In this document: piece after piece, positions 34,214 to 47,552 of the stretch
Numbering within the stretch: the stretch's first letter is position 1
How the letters are laid out: every line of letters begins with the position of its first letter
IMG/VR virus record: IMGVR_UViG_3300005662_000024
Reading direction: 5' to 3' (one strand)
DNA from: a virus
DNA length: 64,000 nucleotides
The notes under the pieces: generated by a model
Told to the model about the DNA's origin: nothing
The model's database searches: none
What the model saw: the letters and a program-made list of their open reading frames with translations, nothing else
Made by a program: the position numbers and the translations under genes

Positions 34214-37200
34214 ATGAAAAGATATGTTCTAACATTAGCAAATCTACACTTTACCAAAACTGGTAAGGTTTGGACATCTGAGCCCATTGACCTATACGAT
34301 AACTCAAGCTACGTAAACTATTCAACGCTAAGGTCTAGATATGGTTTAAATAGCTTAGGTGATCGGAACCTTTGTTGGAAATACAGAGCTTAGCGCAACA
34401 CCAACCCTATCAAACTCAGTATCAATAACTGAATTTGGTGAGATAGTTGATGATAAAGATTTTATATTAGAATACATATATGAAGAAGGCGAACAGACTT
34501 CTGAGTATATAATTTATTCTTTTGAAATAGGGCCAGATGGCTATTATGTACTAACTCCTATAAACAAAACAACTCCATTATTAAGATTTGTAGATACATC
34601 TTCTAGAGTAGATCTTATTTCTTATAAGGGAACATTTTTTAATTCACCTTCATCATATCCAATTGAATACACTATACAGGTTTATGAGTCAGATGATTTT
34701 CTAGATTCAGATAATCCATTATGGATTCCTAATGAAGTTTCTGGTCTTACTGAATATTTATTTATTCAAAGATCAAAAAGATTTGTAAAGTTTGAAATAG
34801 AATTTTTCAGTGATTTACCAGACCAGTATTTTAATTCTGATATATATAGGATTATTCAACCAACAGGCCAGAATGAAGATGGACTATATATATATGATTT
34901 TTCAGAGGATCAAGATGGTTCTATAGTTTTTGTTACTGAACTTCAAGAGCTTACACCTATAGAATTCCTTCTTCTTGTAGAGATTCAAATAGCAGAAGCT
35001 TCTCCACCAAACATAACAAATTCAACAAAAGACATATTAAAAAAGTTTCCTTCTTGGACAAAAATATATGAAGACTCCTTAGATGATGCAACACCATCAC
35101 TAGCTATTCCAGAAAGTTTTGCTGGAAAGTTTGTAAATGCCTTAATAGGAGACAATCTAGATAAGATAGAATCACTTATAGATTATTTTAATTTATCTAA
35201 ATCAATATCTGGCGCTAGCACTGATCAAATAACGTGGATATACTCTACAAATAACTCTCCAGAGTTAGTGACTTCTGTTGTAGGGGATAATGTAAGCCTT
35301 TCTCCAATAACTCAATATTCAGATTTTATATCACATAACGTTGATGACTATGTATATTTTTATTCAATTGGAGATAGAACAGTATTTACGCTAAGGGCTT
35401 TTAAAGAACTTAAAATAAACAACATAGTTTATGAGCAAAATGAAACTCTTGTGTTTAATATGTTTGACGAATTTGGAGCAAGGGTTGGTCTTCCAAGGCT
35501 TAAGATGGAAGGGAATGAAAACTATAAGAAGAGAATTCTTGACGTTTACATAAATAAGCCAGGTCCTGATTTAGAATCATTTAAAAAGACAGTAAGAAGA
35601 GAGCTTGATTTATGGAGGGCCTTAGGTTCTACTCCTGATTCCTATTTTGGTGGAGCAACTCCGATAGTCTATGAAATGAGTGATCTTGAAAAACAAGAAA
35701 AATATTTTGATAAAAATGGAAATCCTACTGAGAAGTTTATAGAATTTGTTAACATTCTTAATAAAGAATACCCAACAAACTGGGGATTTGTTCAGTGGTC
35801 AGATTTAATATGGGACTACGCTGGAAAGTTTTCAGAAGGCATAAGTAGGGTTCCATTTGTCTACGATGCTGAATTTGCTGAGTTGACACCAAAATACTAT
35901 CAGCCAGGTGTTGGTGATTTATCTGATCTTAAATTATCAATTATGTCAAATAGTAAATTTGATTCAGATTTAGTTGTTTTTGATGAAAATTTTCAAGAAA
36001 ACATATACGAAAAGCAAGCAACAATAAAAATATCAGGAATAGAAAAAAATGAAACAATAGATTCCTATGTTCCAATTAATGTAGATTTAGAATACTATAC
36101 AGAATACCAACTACCGGTAGTACTTGGAGATGCAGCTACCATAAATTATGTAGTAGAAGTTGATGTAAATGGAGTAACATATTACACTAATATAACAGAT
36201 TATTATAAAAATACTTATACAAATAATTTATTTAATAATTATGATGAATCTGGAATAAGAAAGATAATATCTCCAATAGATAATAGAACAAGTTCTGATT
36301 TAGTTTTTAGAAGAAAATCAAACAATGCAGTATATATCGACACTTCAGCAACACCAAACTTGGCAACAATTGATAGTGTAGATATATCAAGTGGAAGAAT
36401 AATATATGGAAAATTTGAATACTCTTCAACTACTCCAAGATATGTTGTTTCTGGACATTCTTCTACTAATTCAAGCTGGATTTCTGTTCCAAATCAATCA
36501 AAAAAATATTCCACAAGTTATACCAATGAAAATTATGCAACACCAACCTATCCATACTTTACGGTAACGGGTCCAAATTCATATAGTTTTGAAGTAGCTT
36601 ATGGTTCAAATATGTATCAGATAGGATTTGAAACATACAATACACCAACAAGATATAAAACAATAACATTAAAATCTGAAATTAATGGATCAAATATATC
36701 AACACCAAACTATCAAGAATCTTTTAGTAATTTTATAGACCATATATACACTGTGCAAGCAGCAGCTACTCCAAAATATTTACACATAGAAAATATTAAA
36801 CCAGACTTTGCCTACATAGATTCAAATTATGCTACTCCAAGCATCTCTCATGTAACAGGTTATGGTGGATATGCAAATCATCCACAGTATATAAGTGATT
36901 TATTGATACCAAATATTTTGGTTAGAAAAGATAACAATACTGGAGAGTTGTTCGCAACACCAAAATACGATATCTCATCTGGATCAGCAACACCAAATCA
37001 ACTGTTCTTTTATTGGGATCCAAACTATTCTGTTATTCAAAATCAATATACATTAAACGGAACTGCTCAAAAAAATTATCCATTTGACTTGGGAGATTGG
37101 TCATACTTTGAAGCAGAGCTAGCAACACCAATAACTTTTAAGTTATCAGAAAGAGGCGCTATATTATCATCTGATGATTTAAATACTTCAGAAATTTTAT

Positions 37201-39122
37201 CTGATGTAATTTTATCAAGAAACGTTCATAGATACGAGTTTGACATGAACCAGTCAGCAACAGCAAATTACATTATTAATAATATTGAAGCAGTTAAGTT
37301 AGATGAAGATGATAATTCTTTTGAGATCTATACAGAAAAAAGATCAGTAAAGCCATATTATTCAATTAATCAAGAAGGAATTGGTAATATAAATAATGTA
37401 ACATATCTTCCATCAAGATATTATGAGGAAAAATCTCAGGGCGAATATAACGATTTATATATAGAAAATGTAACCATAAGATCTAGGTTAACTAATTTAG
37501 CAAATAGAGAAATAAAATCAGAAATAAATTCTGGTTGGTATTATAGAGATAATGACGAATTCTATGTCTATGCAAGACCTATTACTGAGCTACATCATTT
37601 AGATATTAATTTATCTACACCAAATGAATCGGCTACCCCTACTATTATTCTTTCTGGAATATCTAGACAAGGTGCTCCTGTTATTGTTGAACCTGCAAGC
37701 TCTCCAAACTTAGAGCTAACTCAGATTTCTTTTCCTGATCAGTTTGATAATACAAAGATTTCATTTATAAATGTAGAATATATTACTGCCAGGGATGAGT
37801 ATAGTGTATATCTTGGTTATAATAATGTTTATGATGTAAATATATACGATCCAATATCAGATCAATACGTAATAGAAGACGCAGAGTCCACTGATAATGA
37901 AATTAATATTGTCTCAATCCCAGAAAATGGTCCTCCATTTATAATTGGAAGAGAATATAAAGTTTCTTATAAAGTAAGAAATACTTATTATGTTGATAAT
38001 GAAAATTTAAATGAATTAAATAATTTATATACAAAGATAGTATTCAATAATATCCCAACAAATGGAGCTACGGCTTTCTATGTTACTTATGAATCTTCCT
38101 TATTTGAAACATCAACTCCAACTGGATTAAATCATTCTCCAAGTAAGACTCTTCCAACTGGTGGATATATATATCTTGATGATGAAATTTATGACTATAG
38201 AAGCTTTACGGTAAATGTTAATCCTGGATCAATTTTAGATAATCCACAAAAAGACTATATTGTTGTTAGCATAGAAAGTTTTGATGCAAATGGTAATCCA
38301 AAACCATATCAAAAATACGAACTAGAATCTAGCCTTTTATCTTTTGATGAAACAATTATAGAAACAGACATAGATGGCTTTGGTTACACAAAAGCAAGAT
38401 ACTCAGGAGCTACTCCATCTACCTACAATTATGGTACTCTTTTTGTAACCGGAATTGTTGACGATTATAGCTCTGCAAGTGATCAAGCAACAATAAACTA
38501 TCAGATATTAAAGTCAGAATCCAATCAAGACAGCCTCAGTGCCGAGCCATCAAGTAGATTTATGGAAGCTAATGGAGAAAGCACTATTTACATAAACGGT
38601 CAATTGAATTCAAAGACTAAAGATATTTCAAATGTATATGTATATTATAGAAAAGCTAGAACTGTTAGTGAAATATTTGAAATTAGCGAATACAATTATG
38701 TTATGACAGATTCCAATGGTTCTTTTAGGGTTGGTCCAATAACAGCTCAAGAAATAGAAAATTCAGGATACTGGTATATGGCCTTAGAAACAGAATATAG
38801 TTCAACTCTTTCTGGTTCACCCGTTACTATATCAGGTGATATTGTTAGTTGGTTCGAAGACTCAAATGACGTTATTTTAAACGCCTCAGAAAGAAGGCTG
38901 CCTATCCAGGACAGTTACGATGCTGATGACTTTGCCGAGTTTAAGTCTACTCCAGTTTTTAAAGTAAATTATATAACAGGAAATCCAGAAACTCCAACAG
39001 CAACACCAAACATAGAGCTACCTAAATGGTTTAGAATACCAAGATATACTCAATATCAAATGGGAATACTGGGAAATCAGTATTATTTTGTAGACAATAA
39101 CAAGAACTTTTATCCAAGTTAA
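34214..39122 (+). CDS. Large baseplate wedge/structural protein, about 1635 aa via +1 shift at CGG-A (34364-34367)
   Basis: A 59-codon ORF missing from the ORF track starts at ATG 34214 (AGGGG RBS) and stops at 34393; +1 frame is open from 34359; contains the wedge-like motif DEFGARVGLPRL...ENYKKRI. Confidence 0.65.
34364..34367 (+). other. CGG +1 recoding site 6 (GAT CGG-A ACC), codon 51
   Basis: Window 34359-34390 is bounded by TAG in both frames and contains an in-frame CGG. Confidence 0.85.
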
Positions 39123-39124
39123 AG

Positions 39125-39130
39125 TATAAT
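39125..39130 (+). promoter_or_regulatory. Possible -10 box giving a leaderless or short-leader transcript
   Basis: TATAAT ends 8 nt before ATG 39139, and there is no strong RBS. Confidence 0.3.
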
Positions 39131-39138
39131 GGAATAAT

Positions 39139-42100
39139 ATGAAAAAATTTACAAATGAAATAAATAATTCAAAAGAAAAAAAGATTAAAAAAGGCTATAA
39201 TCTTCCTTCTTCAGCCGTTAACTTAGGATATTATTCTGTTGATGACATTTCTCCTGGCAACTCTCTTACCGTAGTTGATACATCTACTTCTATAAGAGAA
39301 AATTACATACAAAACAATAATGATCAATTGAGCTTAATAGCTAATGAACTAGGAATGCTGGAAGATCCAGTAACTGGAAATAATAGATTTTCTTCTGAAG
39401 ATATATATGTTACCGATATAATGAATAGTAGAAAAAATACTACAGATTATATTAATGTTAATCTATTAAATTCAAATAGTAGTGGAGAAGGTTCAAAAAC
39501 AGATTATCTATATTCTTATTATGTAAGTAGATATTTTACCGTTCAGGAAAACATTAAATCAACTCAAGTACAAAACTTTACCTATGCTGGTAAAAACATA
39601 TTTGACTTAGCAAAAACTTCAGATATTCAAGATTTGATAAAAGAAAATAACGCAATTGATATAACTGATATTTATGTAACATATATAGATGGCAGGCACT
39701 ACGTTGATGAAACTGGAAAGAAAAAATATAAAATAATCTTAGAAAGATATTTAGATAAATTCGTTTCTAGTATTGAAACTTTGTGCAGAATTATTGTTCT
39801 GTTAGAAGATCCTAATCCTTCTGGTCTTTTATTGAATTATAATAAAGTAGAATTAAGTAGTAGTAATTCTATTATAAATTCAATTTCAAATTATAAAGAA
39901 ACAATTAACTCTGTACTTTTATTTAACAGAGAATCAGAAGAATCACTAGTAACAGATTACAGCTCAAAATTTGATAAAACATATTCTGTAAGCAATGTAG
40001 AAATATTAAAAAATAAATTTAGTTCTAGTGGTTTCTTTGACTCAAGAGGTTATAATTTTTACGTTAATAGAAAAGCTATACCAGACAATAGGAACTATGA
40101 AATATTTAACTGGAGAATAATCGGAAAAATAAAAAGAAGCTTTAATTACGCCGATAGAATAGATGGCGGAACTAACGAGTCTGGACGGAATAATCAAGGC
40201 AGCAGTTATAAAAGCTAATACTAAGTCAGATTATTCGGATCACTATAAGATTTTTTCAAAACTAGAAGTAAATAATAATCCAATTAATTTATATAATTAT
40301 AGATTTGAAAATCCATCTTCGCAAAAAAATGGCATATTAAAATCAGATAGTTCTTATTGGACAGTTGATTTAGATTCAATTACGCATGAGGAAATTAAAG
40401 CTTTTGATTTTCTTGTTTTAGTTGTAAATTCAAATACAAACATATATTCATATATACCAAAAATAAAATCTTTTACAGATAATGGTGGTTGTCTTTTTAT
40501 AGAAGTTGAAGGAGAAATAAGCGATTCTGTTAAAAGCATACTTCCTGTTGCGCCAGGTCAACTAACTAGTGGAACGGCTACATCATTAACCTATAATTTA
40601 GTTAATGATTCTGATTATTCTGATTTAAATTTGTTTGATAAAAATCAATCTTGGGATATAAATTCAGGAGAATTTGATTCTGGTTATGGAATATATGGAA
40701 AAATAAATCAATCAGTTACTGCGTTTTCTGCAGCTTACTCTAACTACAAGTGCGCAGAAACAAACATTGGTCCTATTGTTGTTCAGTTCAAAACTAACGT
40801 AAACGATAGTGGATCAGTTTCTTGTGGAAACATAATACTAAATACGGTTAGTATAAATAAAAAAGCAGGCGCAGATTATCTGCCAGGAACTGATACATCA
40901 GCTTCAGATACATCCTCAAGAATACTAACACTAACATCCGATGCAGAGGGACCACTAAAGTACTTTTACAATAGCATACTTGTTGGTATAATATCCAAAT
41001 ACTATACAACTAGCAATAGTTCCAACTCTTTTTCTACAAATATTCTAACACCAGTATTATTTCATGCAACAGCTTGGAATACTTCTTGGACTATAAATGG
41101 TCCAACTACTGAAGATAATTATTCTTATAATGATATTTTAATAAAAAATCAATACATGGATGAGTACTCTGAGTATGGATTTGTAAAAGAACAAAATAAT
41201 GATATCTATAGAAAGCTAAATGATAAAACTGTAGAGCAGATTTTTATTGAAGACTTTTCCTCTAGCGTACCTTCTTCTTATGGTCAATTTTACAATACAA
41301 ATGATTCAATTACTTATTATATAGAATTCACAAATTCAAGTATTGTTCCAAAAAACGGAACATACTTAGAAAATTCAATATCAACTGGAATTACAACTCC
41401 GTATAAAACATATGCTCTAGATTCCAATGCTCAAAAACAAACAATCTACGCAAAAACAACAACTATATCTAGACCATTAAATGTTCCTGCTAATTTTGGT
41501 ACATTCTATATTAAAGATAGATTTAGAGATGTAAAAAATATAAGATTAAATCAACCAAATATAGTAAATGATAATCCATACTTTTATTCTTATGATTTTA
41601 AAACAAGTTGGAGAAAAGTAGTAAGCACTGAATCATCACTGTCTTTTGATATGTCTTTTGACATAAACTTTACTTTGCAGGTTCCAGTAACAATTCAAAC
41701 ATGGGAGAAAAAGTGGGAACAAGTTGGCACAATGCCGCTAGAAGATCCATCTCCTATTGATAGACAATTAAAATTTGAAGATGGAGAATACTCAGAGTTA
41801 AGCGTTACTTCTTCTGTTCCACTAAATAAAATAGGTAAAAAAATAACAAACAAGTACTTCTGCAGGGAAGATTTTATAGACTATACTTCTTCACACAATC
41901 CAAATGCAGCGGATAAAACATTTAATCATTACCCATATACTGGTGATATAGACCTTGGAAATACAGCTAAGCAATACTCTGTTGGTCCAAGATCTGGAGA
42001 CGTAAATACTGGCGAATATGTCCATTATATACAATGGACCCTTAAACAAGACGGATACAATGTATCAACAGATGGGGTACTTGGACCGCAAACAGGGAGC

Positions 42101-44911
42101 GCTTTAACAAGTTTTCAATCAAAATATGGATTAGCAACTGTTGATCAACAGGTTGACTCTGAGACTAAAAGTGCAATGGCCTACTTTTGGGCAACAAAAA
42201 AACAAAAGAATCAACTGACTTCTGCAAAGTCAGCGATAAGAACATTTTATAATAATCAAAATAAAAAGACTATAGGCGATAAAGTAATAGCATATATAGA
42301 TGCCGCTATAGATAGTGCAGATCCTATCTCAGTTACAAAAACTGGTTCAATAAAAAGAATATCTTATACAGGGTCAGTAAAAACTCCAAGTACTATAAAA
42401 TCTAATATTTTTATAGCTTTACCAGCTCAAGTATATGGCAGAACACAAAACGATGAAGTTTATAATATTAAAATAAAAACCGGAGTATGCGGAGTTTTTA
42501 TAGAGAATATTAAATTTTATCAAACAGAAACTAATGAAAGCAATTTGTCAAGATTTCCAGCACAAGGTGGTTTAGACAGACTTAGTGGAAACACTATAGA
42601 CATACCTGCAAATACTGAAAGAGAAATTTCAATTGCATTTAGCTCCAATGCCTATAAAATCCTATGCCTGACAGTAACAGGAAAAAAACTTCCATCTAAT
42701 TACGGTACTGGTCAAGGAATATTTATAGATTATATAACAGTAAATTATTTACCAGATCCAGGTGAACCGCAGCCAGTGTATGATTGGCGTACTTATGAAT
42801 CTGGATCTATAGACGTAACTGCATATATAGATGTTAAAGCAGAAAAGATAGTTAAAGACTTAACAGTATCGAATACTCCAAAGTTAGAAACAATTACAAG
42901 CGCAAACTTTACAGCGCTTCCAATGATTGTTAAGGATTTTTATTATTTTGATTCAAATAATAATGTAAATAAATTTACATATTCAAGCGGTTCTTCAAAT
43001 AAGATAGAAGTAGGGACTTCGCTTTCTATAAACTCTGTTTATGATTTAACAATTGAGAATGGAGTAACAGATCAATGGGGTACCCTAAAGGTTAATTTAG
43101 CTGAAGCAAGTGTTGTGCCAAGCGCAGTTGTTTCTGTTACTAACAAAAAAGTTGGCCCAAACGGAGGGACGAAAACTATAGATAATCAATATATAAATTA
43201 TATTGACTTAGATATAAAAGATCCAAATAAAGATATAAATGGAACAACTCAAATAACACTTAGGTATGATGTTAATGTTACTTCTTTGTCTAGTGAAGTT
43301 TCCTATGGAGGACAAACTGTTGTTCCTGAGCATAGACATTTGTATGTATCCTTTTTGACAAAGGATCAGCCAAAGATAGAGAAAGTAAGTGCCGTCAATA
43401 AAAATAAAATAGACTATTTATCTGGCATAGTTTGCTTGTGCGATGATAGGGGAAACCCTGTCGGAAAGCCAAACTTTGCAATATCAAGTGATAATAATGA
43501 TACTGTTTCCGTAAACATAACAAACATATACCTAGAAAGCACTTTGAATACTACAACAGATGGTTTAGTTTATGGATTTTTTGATTTTTCTGCAAGACAA
43601 TTTTTAGGAAAAAATATATCTTATTCAGAATACCTAGAAAGAAATGGCGAAAATAATATATACATAGCTGTTATGGCTACTGATTATGATGGAAACATTC
43701 TATCTGATGATATAGATTTCCGTGGATTTTCTACAATACCAGTTAGTACTGCAAGAGTTCCAAATAAAGTTATATGCCCAGTGTATAACGTCAAGTTTAA
43801 GAATAAGGCATCCATAGAAGTATTTAAGCCACAAAATTTCCTAGATAAAAAATCACCATGGTATGTCGGTTTAAGTTCTGGTTCTTTTGTCAGATCAATA
43901 AGTATAAATACAAATAATATATACAACGAAAATATAAGCTGGATTAAAAAGTACTCGACTTCCTCATCACCAAACGTTGCCGTAAATGCTTTTTATGATA
44001 CAACTCAATACACTTCTTCTGGTTGGTCTAATATTTTAGGAAGACCTTATTATGATATACATGAGGAAAAACCAATATTAATTGATTCAAAAACAATAAG
44101 ATTAAGACAAACACCATTTGCAGTTGTTCACGAACCTTCAAATGATTTAAGGTATTTTGGATCGCCAATAAAACCATTTGTTTTTGCTTATGTAAGAGAG
44201 TCAATTTCAGAAAGTTGGTCTTTAATTCAGTATTCTGACATACTATCTTTTGATTCTAACACTGGAATAATTCAATTTAAAAACCCCATAGTTCCTACTG
44301 ATTATAATTTAATAAAAGTAAATTATTCAGTATATTCTTCATATAGACCAATTAAAGTAATAGGGTCAAAAGATCTTAACTTAAATCCATACTTAGAAAA
44401 ACAAATGGTTAAATTTAATAAACCAATGTTTTTTTACTTAGAACCAAATAAGGTTGAAATAGTTGGTCAATTTGAAAAACAGAAGGCATATGAAGAAATT
44501 GTAGAAAATGAAAATGTATTAAACTATACAGAAGATGCGACCATGTTTGATCCATCGCATCCAAAATATAATCCTTTAGCTGTTTTGCTGTGTACTATTT
44601 ATATTGTAGATAACGATGTAATGGAATCTTTTGGCCTTAATGACTTAAGATTAAAAGGTGGCGGAATCAACTATAATAAGGATAGTATCGAAGTATTTAG
44701 AGATATGCCAAGAGCAAGATCTTTCTGGGATATGTCAGGGCCAGATGGTTATGCATATACTAATGGCGGATATGTTGTGATCCAGCTACCAAGCGCATTG
44801 AAACAGTACTTAGGAAATGATAAAATTAAAGAAGTTATATCAAGCGCTTTGACCGCTGGTGTTGTTTATGAGATACAGGATTACGATGGAAACTCTTGGG
44901 AGGATGCATAA
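39139..44911 (+). CDS. Large virion structural protein with peptidoglycan-binding domain, about 1923 aa via +1 shift at CGG-A (40186-40189)
   Basis: Frame 0 stops at 40218; +1 frame is open from 40163; PG_binding_1-like segment GEYVHYIQWTLKQDGY...DGVLGPQTGSALTSFQSKYGL at about 42010-42185. Confidence 0.65.
40186..40189 (+). other. CGG +1 recoding site 7 (GGA CGG-A ATA), codon 350
   Basis: In-frame CGG in overlap 40163-40215. An independent ATG at 40163 cannot be excluded, but it has no obvious RBS. Confidence 0.7.
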
Positions 44912-47548
44912 ATGAGAAGCTCTTTACCAGAATATATTCAAACCTATTCATTAGGTTCAAGAAAGGCCGTTTCAGACGTTATTGTCTTGGCTAAAAATGA
45001 CGTAAGAAGTGCTTCTCAAATAGCAAAATCTTTGAATAATATGTCTTCTCTTAATACGTATAATGGTTTATCAATAAGGCCATATTCGCTAGCTTCCTTT
45101 GAAGCTTTTATAGATTTTTTTAGGGATATAAATTTAAAAACTATAGCATATTATGATTCAATGAACACTATAAGTGTGGCCATAAACAGCTATGTAAATG
45201 TTCTCAATTCAGAAATTTCAAAGTTAGAAAAAGATATTAATCAACTTCAGATATATGTAGAAAACTATGGTTTTATTTCCGGTGAAGACGATTTATACAA
45301 TGGTTCTTTTATAGAGACTTTTTCTGATGATTCAAATTCTTACTTAAGGGAGTCTTTTCAGTTCAAGCATTACGATAAAGATGGTTTAGAATTTTTAGAA
45401 GCAAATTTAGCTGAAGTTGACATTGTTTCTAATACGCTAAAATCTGGAACCGCGTTTAGCAGTTTAGGTATTACTCCAAAAATTAAAGAATATAAAAATA
45501 ACTATTCACAATATATATCATCTTCTTCTGATATTTATAATTTATTTTCAGATTCTTCAAATAAAAGCTGGAACACAACAATTAAATCTCCATCTATTAT
45601 AACTTCAAAAAATGAAGATTTTTCAGAAATAAATTATGATTATAGCCAGATATCAGGAGCTAGCGCCTCACTACTTTTTTCTTTTGAAAATCCACAAAAG
45701 ATGAATTGCGTAAGGGTTTCTCCTAATTTAGGTGTAGATTTACAGGTTCTTCAGGTTATATTATATTCTTCTGTTAGCCCTACAAATTCAGGGTCAACTG
45801 GATCTTCTGTAGATAGTTCTGAAACAAAAATTTATTTGCTAGACTCTCCACTTCTAATAGATGCAGTTAAAGATATCTCATTTACTGAGACCTTAGTTAA
45901 AAGTATTAAAATAATATTTAATCAACCAAAATATACTAAGGTATCTAATACATCTAGCATTTATGAAAATCAATCAAAAGTACTAGAATACTATATTGAT
46001 AAAGTGAGAAAGAGTAGGGCAAACAAACATGATAAGCTTCAAGATATAGTCTACTCTTATTTTACTAAGAGAAATGAAATAGCTCAATTATCATCAAACC
46101 CAGATTATATACCAAATTATTATTCTTACAGATATCCATGCGAAGAAACATACTCAAACGCCAATGCGGTCTATGAATTTCTTTCTTCAAAAAATAATTT
46201 TGTTGAAATAGATAATAAAAAAGGTTTAAAAAATTCATCAGAGGTTACAAAAATTGTTCAATCTATAGTTTCCTATGTTATTGGAGAAAGATATAGGATG
46301 TCGCCAAGTGCATACGTAGCATCAAAACCCAGTGCCGGTTTTGTTGGCATATCTTCAGTGGACTTTTTGAATCCAGCACCGTTGGGCAATATACAATCTC
46401 CGCATGGATTTGCTAATCAAGATTTGGATCAATTTATACCTATGCCTGGATTAAGAGAAGTACAGAAGTCATTAACTACGCTGGATAAAGTAAATTATTA
46501 TGAATACATTTTATCTGTTAAATCTATAAAATTTGGAATAATAAACGCAGTAGATTATAAAAATCAAACTAATAAACTTATTGATAAATCATATTTTATA
46601 TCTAAGATGATAAACACAAATGGTTATATCAATAATCTAAAAATTAAATCAGATTATTTTATACCAAAAAATGCAAATAACACATTAGATTTAACAACAA
46701 CAGCGGCTATAGAGTTTGATGTTTCTCTAAATGTAAATGCACAAGTGAATACAGACTGGGTTCCAATTCTTCCAAATGGAGAAAAAGAAGTTGAAGCAGA
46801 AAAACTGTTTCCATATGAAGGAAATGGTTTAGTTAAATTTAGGTTTCCAGCAATTAGGTCCAGCTTAAAAGTTTATGAAAATGGCATACTAATGTCTGAT
46901 ACAAGGATTAATAGTTCTGATTCAGATGCTATAACACAAATTAATATTATAGATTACAACAAATCTAATATATATGTAGCCAAATATACCGTAAGTGCGA
47001 ATTATAATCCCAATGAAATTGACTTTAGTCAAAAATCAATACAGTCTTTTTCCCTTAAAACATATTCTGATAAAGAAGGTTTAGGAGAAAAGCTATCTAC
47101 GGTAGGCCTTGACAATAGGGCAGAATTATCTTTTGATCCTTATATAGATTACTCTAAGTTCGCTAATCATATATATTCGAGTTCTGCTGGTACTATAGGG
47201 TCAAGTGGCACTAGTACATACTCTCCTGTAGCCGTAATATTAGAAGACGGTTCAGCTGCAATTAATTTAACAAACTATCTTCCAAATAAATATGTTAAAT
47301 ATATTCTTCCAATTAACTCAGATACTGAAACATATTTTATACAAAATGGTAATAGTTTAGTCTTCAGTAAGAGTTGTAATAACTTTAAAGTTTATTATGA
47401 TTATATACCTGAATCTTTAAGGTATAAAGTTGTTTTAAGAAATTTAGATCCTTCTAAGCAGAGCAGCGCATATGTGGACAATATTGTGTTAAAATATCAA
47501 CAAAAGAATACAGATAATTTTACTAATAAATTATTAAAGGTCGTTTAA
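44912..47548 (+). CDS. Virion structural protein (baseplate/fibre-associated paralog A)
   Basis: GGAGG RBS; N-terminal coiled coil, beta-rich body, WVPILP and C-terminal LRYKVVLR motifs shared with neighbours. Confidence 0.55.
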   Translation: MRSSLPEYIQTYSLGSRKAVSDVIVLAKNDVRSASQIAKSLNNMSSLNTYNGLSIRPYSLASFEAFIDFFRDINLKTIAYYDSMNTISVAINSYVNVLNSEISKLEKDINQLQIYVENYGFISGEDDLYNGSFIETFSDDSNSYLRESFQFKHYDKDGLEFLEANLAEVDIVSNTLKSGTAFSSLGITPKIKEYKNNYSQYISSSSDIYNLFSDSSNKSWNTTIKSPSIITSKNEDFSEINYDYSQISGASASLLFSFENPQKMNCVRVSPNLGVDLQVLQVILYSSVSPTNSGSTGSSVDSSETKIYLLDSPLLIDAVKDISFTETLVKSIKIIFNQPKYTKVSNTSSIYENQSKVLEYYIDKVRKSRANKHDKLQDIVYSYFTKRNEIAQLSSNPDYIPNYYSYRYPCEETYSNANAVYEFLSSKNNFVEIDNKKGLKNSSEVTKIVQSIVSYVIGERYRMSPSAYVASKPSAGFVGISSVDFLNPAPLGNIQSPHGFANQDLDQFIPMPGLREVQKSLTTLDKVNYYEYILSVKSIKFGIINAVDYKNQTNKLIDKSYFISKMINTNGYINNLKIKSDYFIPKNANNTLDLTTTAAIEFDVSLNVNAQVNTDWVPILPNGEKEVEAEKLFPYEGNGLVKFRFPAIRSSLKVYENGILMSDTRINSSDSDAITQINIIDYNKSNIYVAKYTVSANYNPNEIDFSQKSIQSFSLKTYSDKEGLGEKLSTVGLDNRAELSFDPYIDYSKFANHIYSSSAGTIGSSGTSTYSPVAVILEDGSAAINLTNYLPNKYVKYILPINSDTETYFIQNGNSLVFSKSCNNFKVYYDYIPESLRYKVVLRNLDPSKQSSAYVDNIVLKYQQKNTDNFTNKLLKVV

Positions 47549-47552
47549 AATC

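Noticed and set aside
34355-34363. Shine-Dalgarno-like AGGTGA just upstream of CGG site 6 (RF2-style stimulator)
   Set aside because: Not present at a consistent spacing at the other seven sites.
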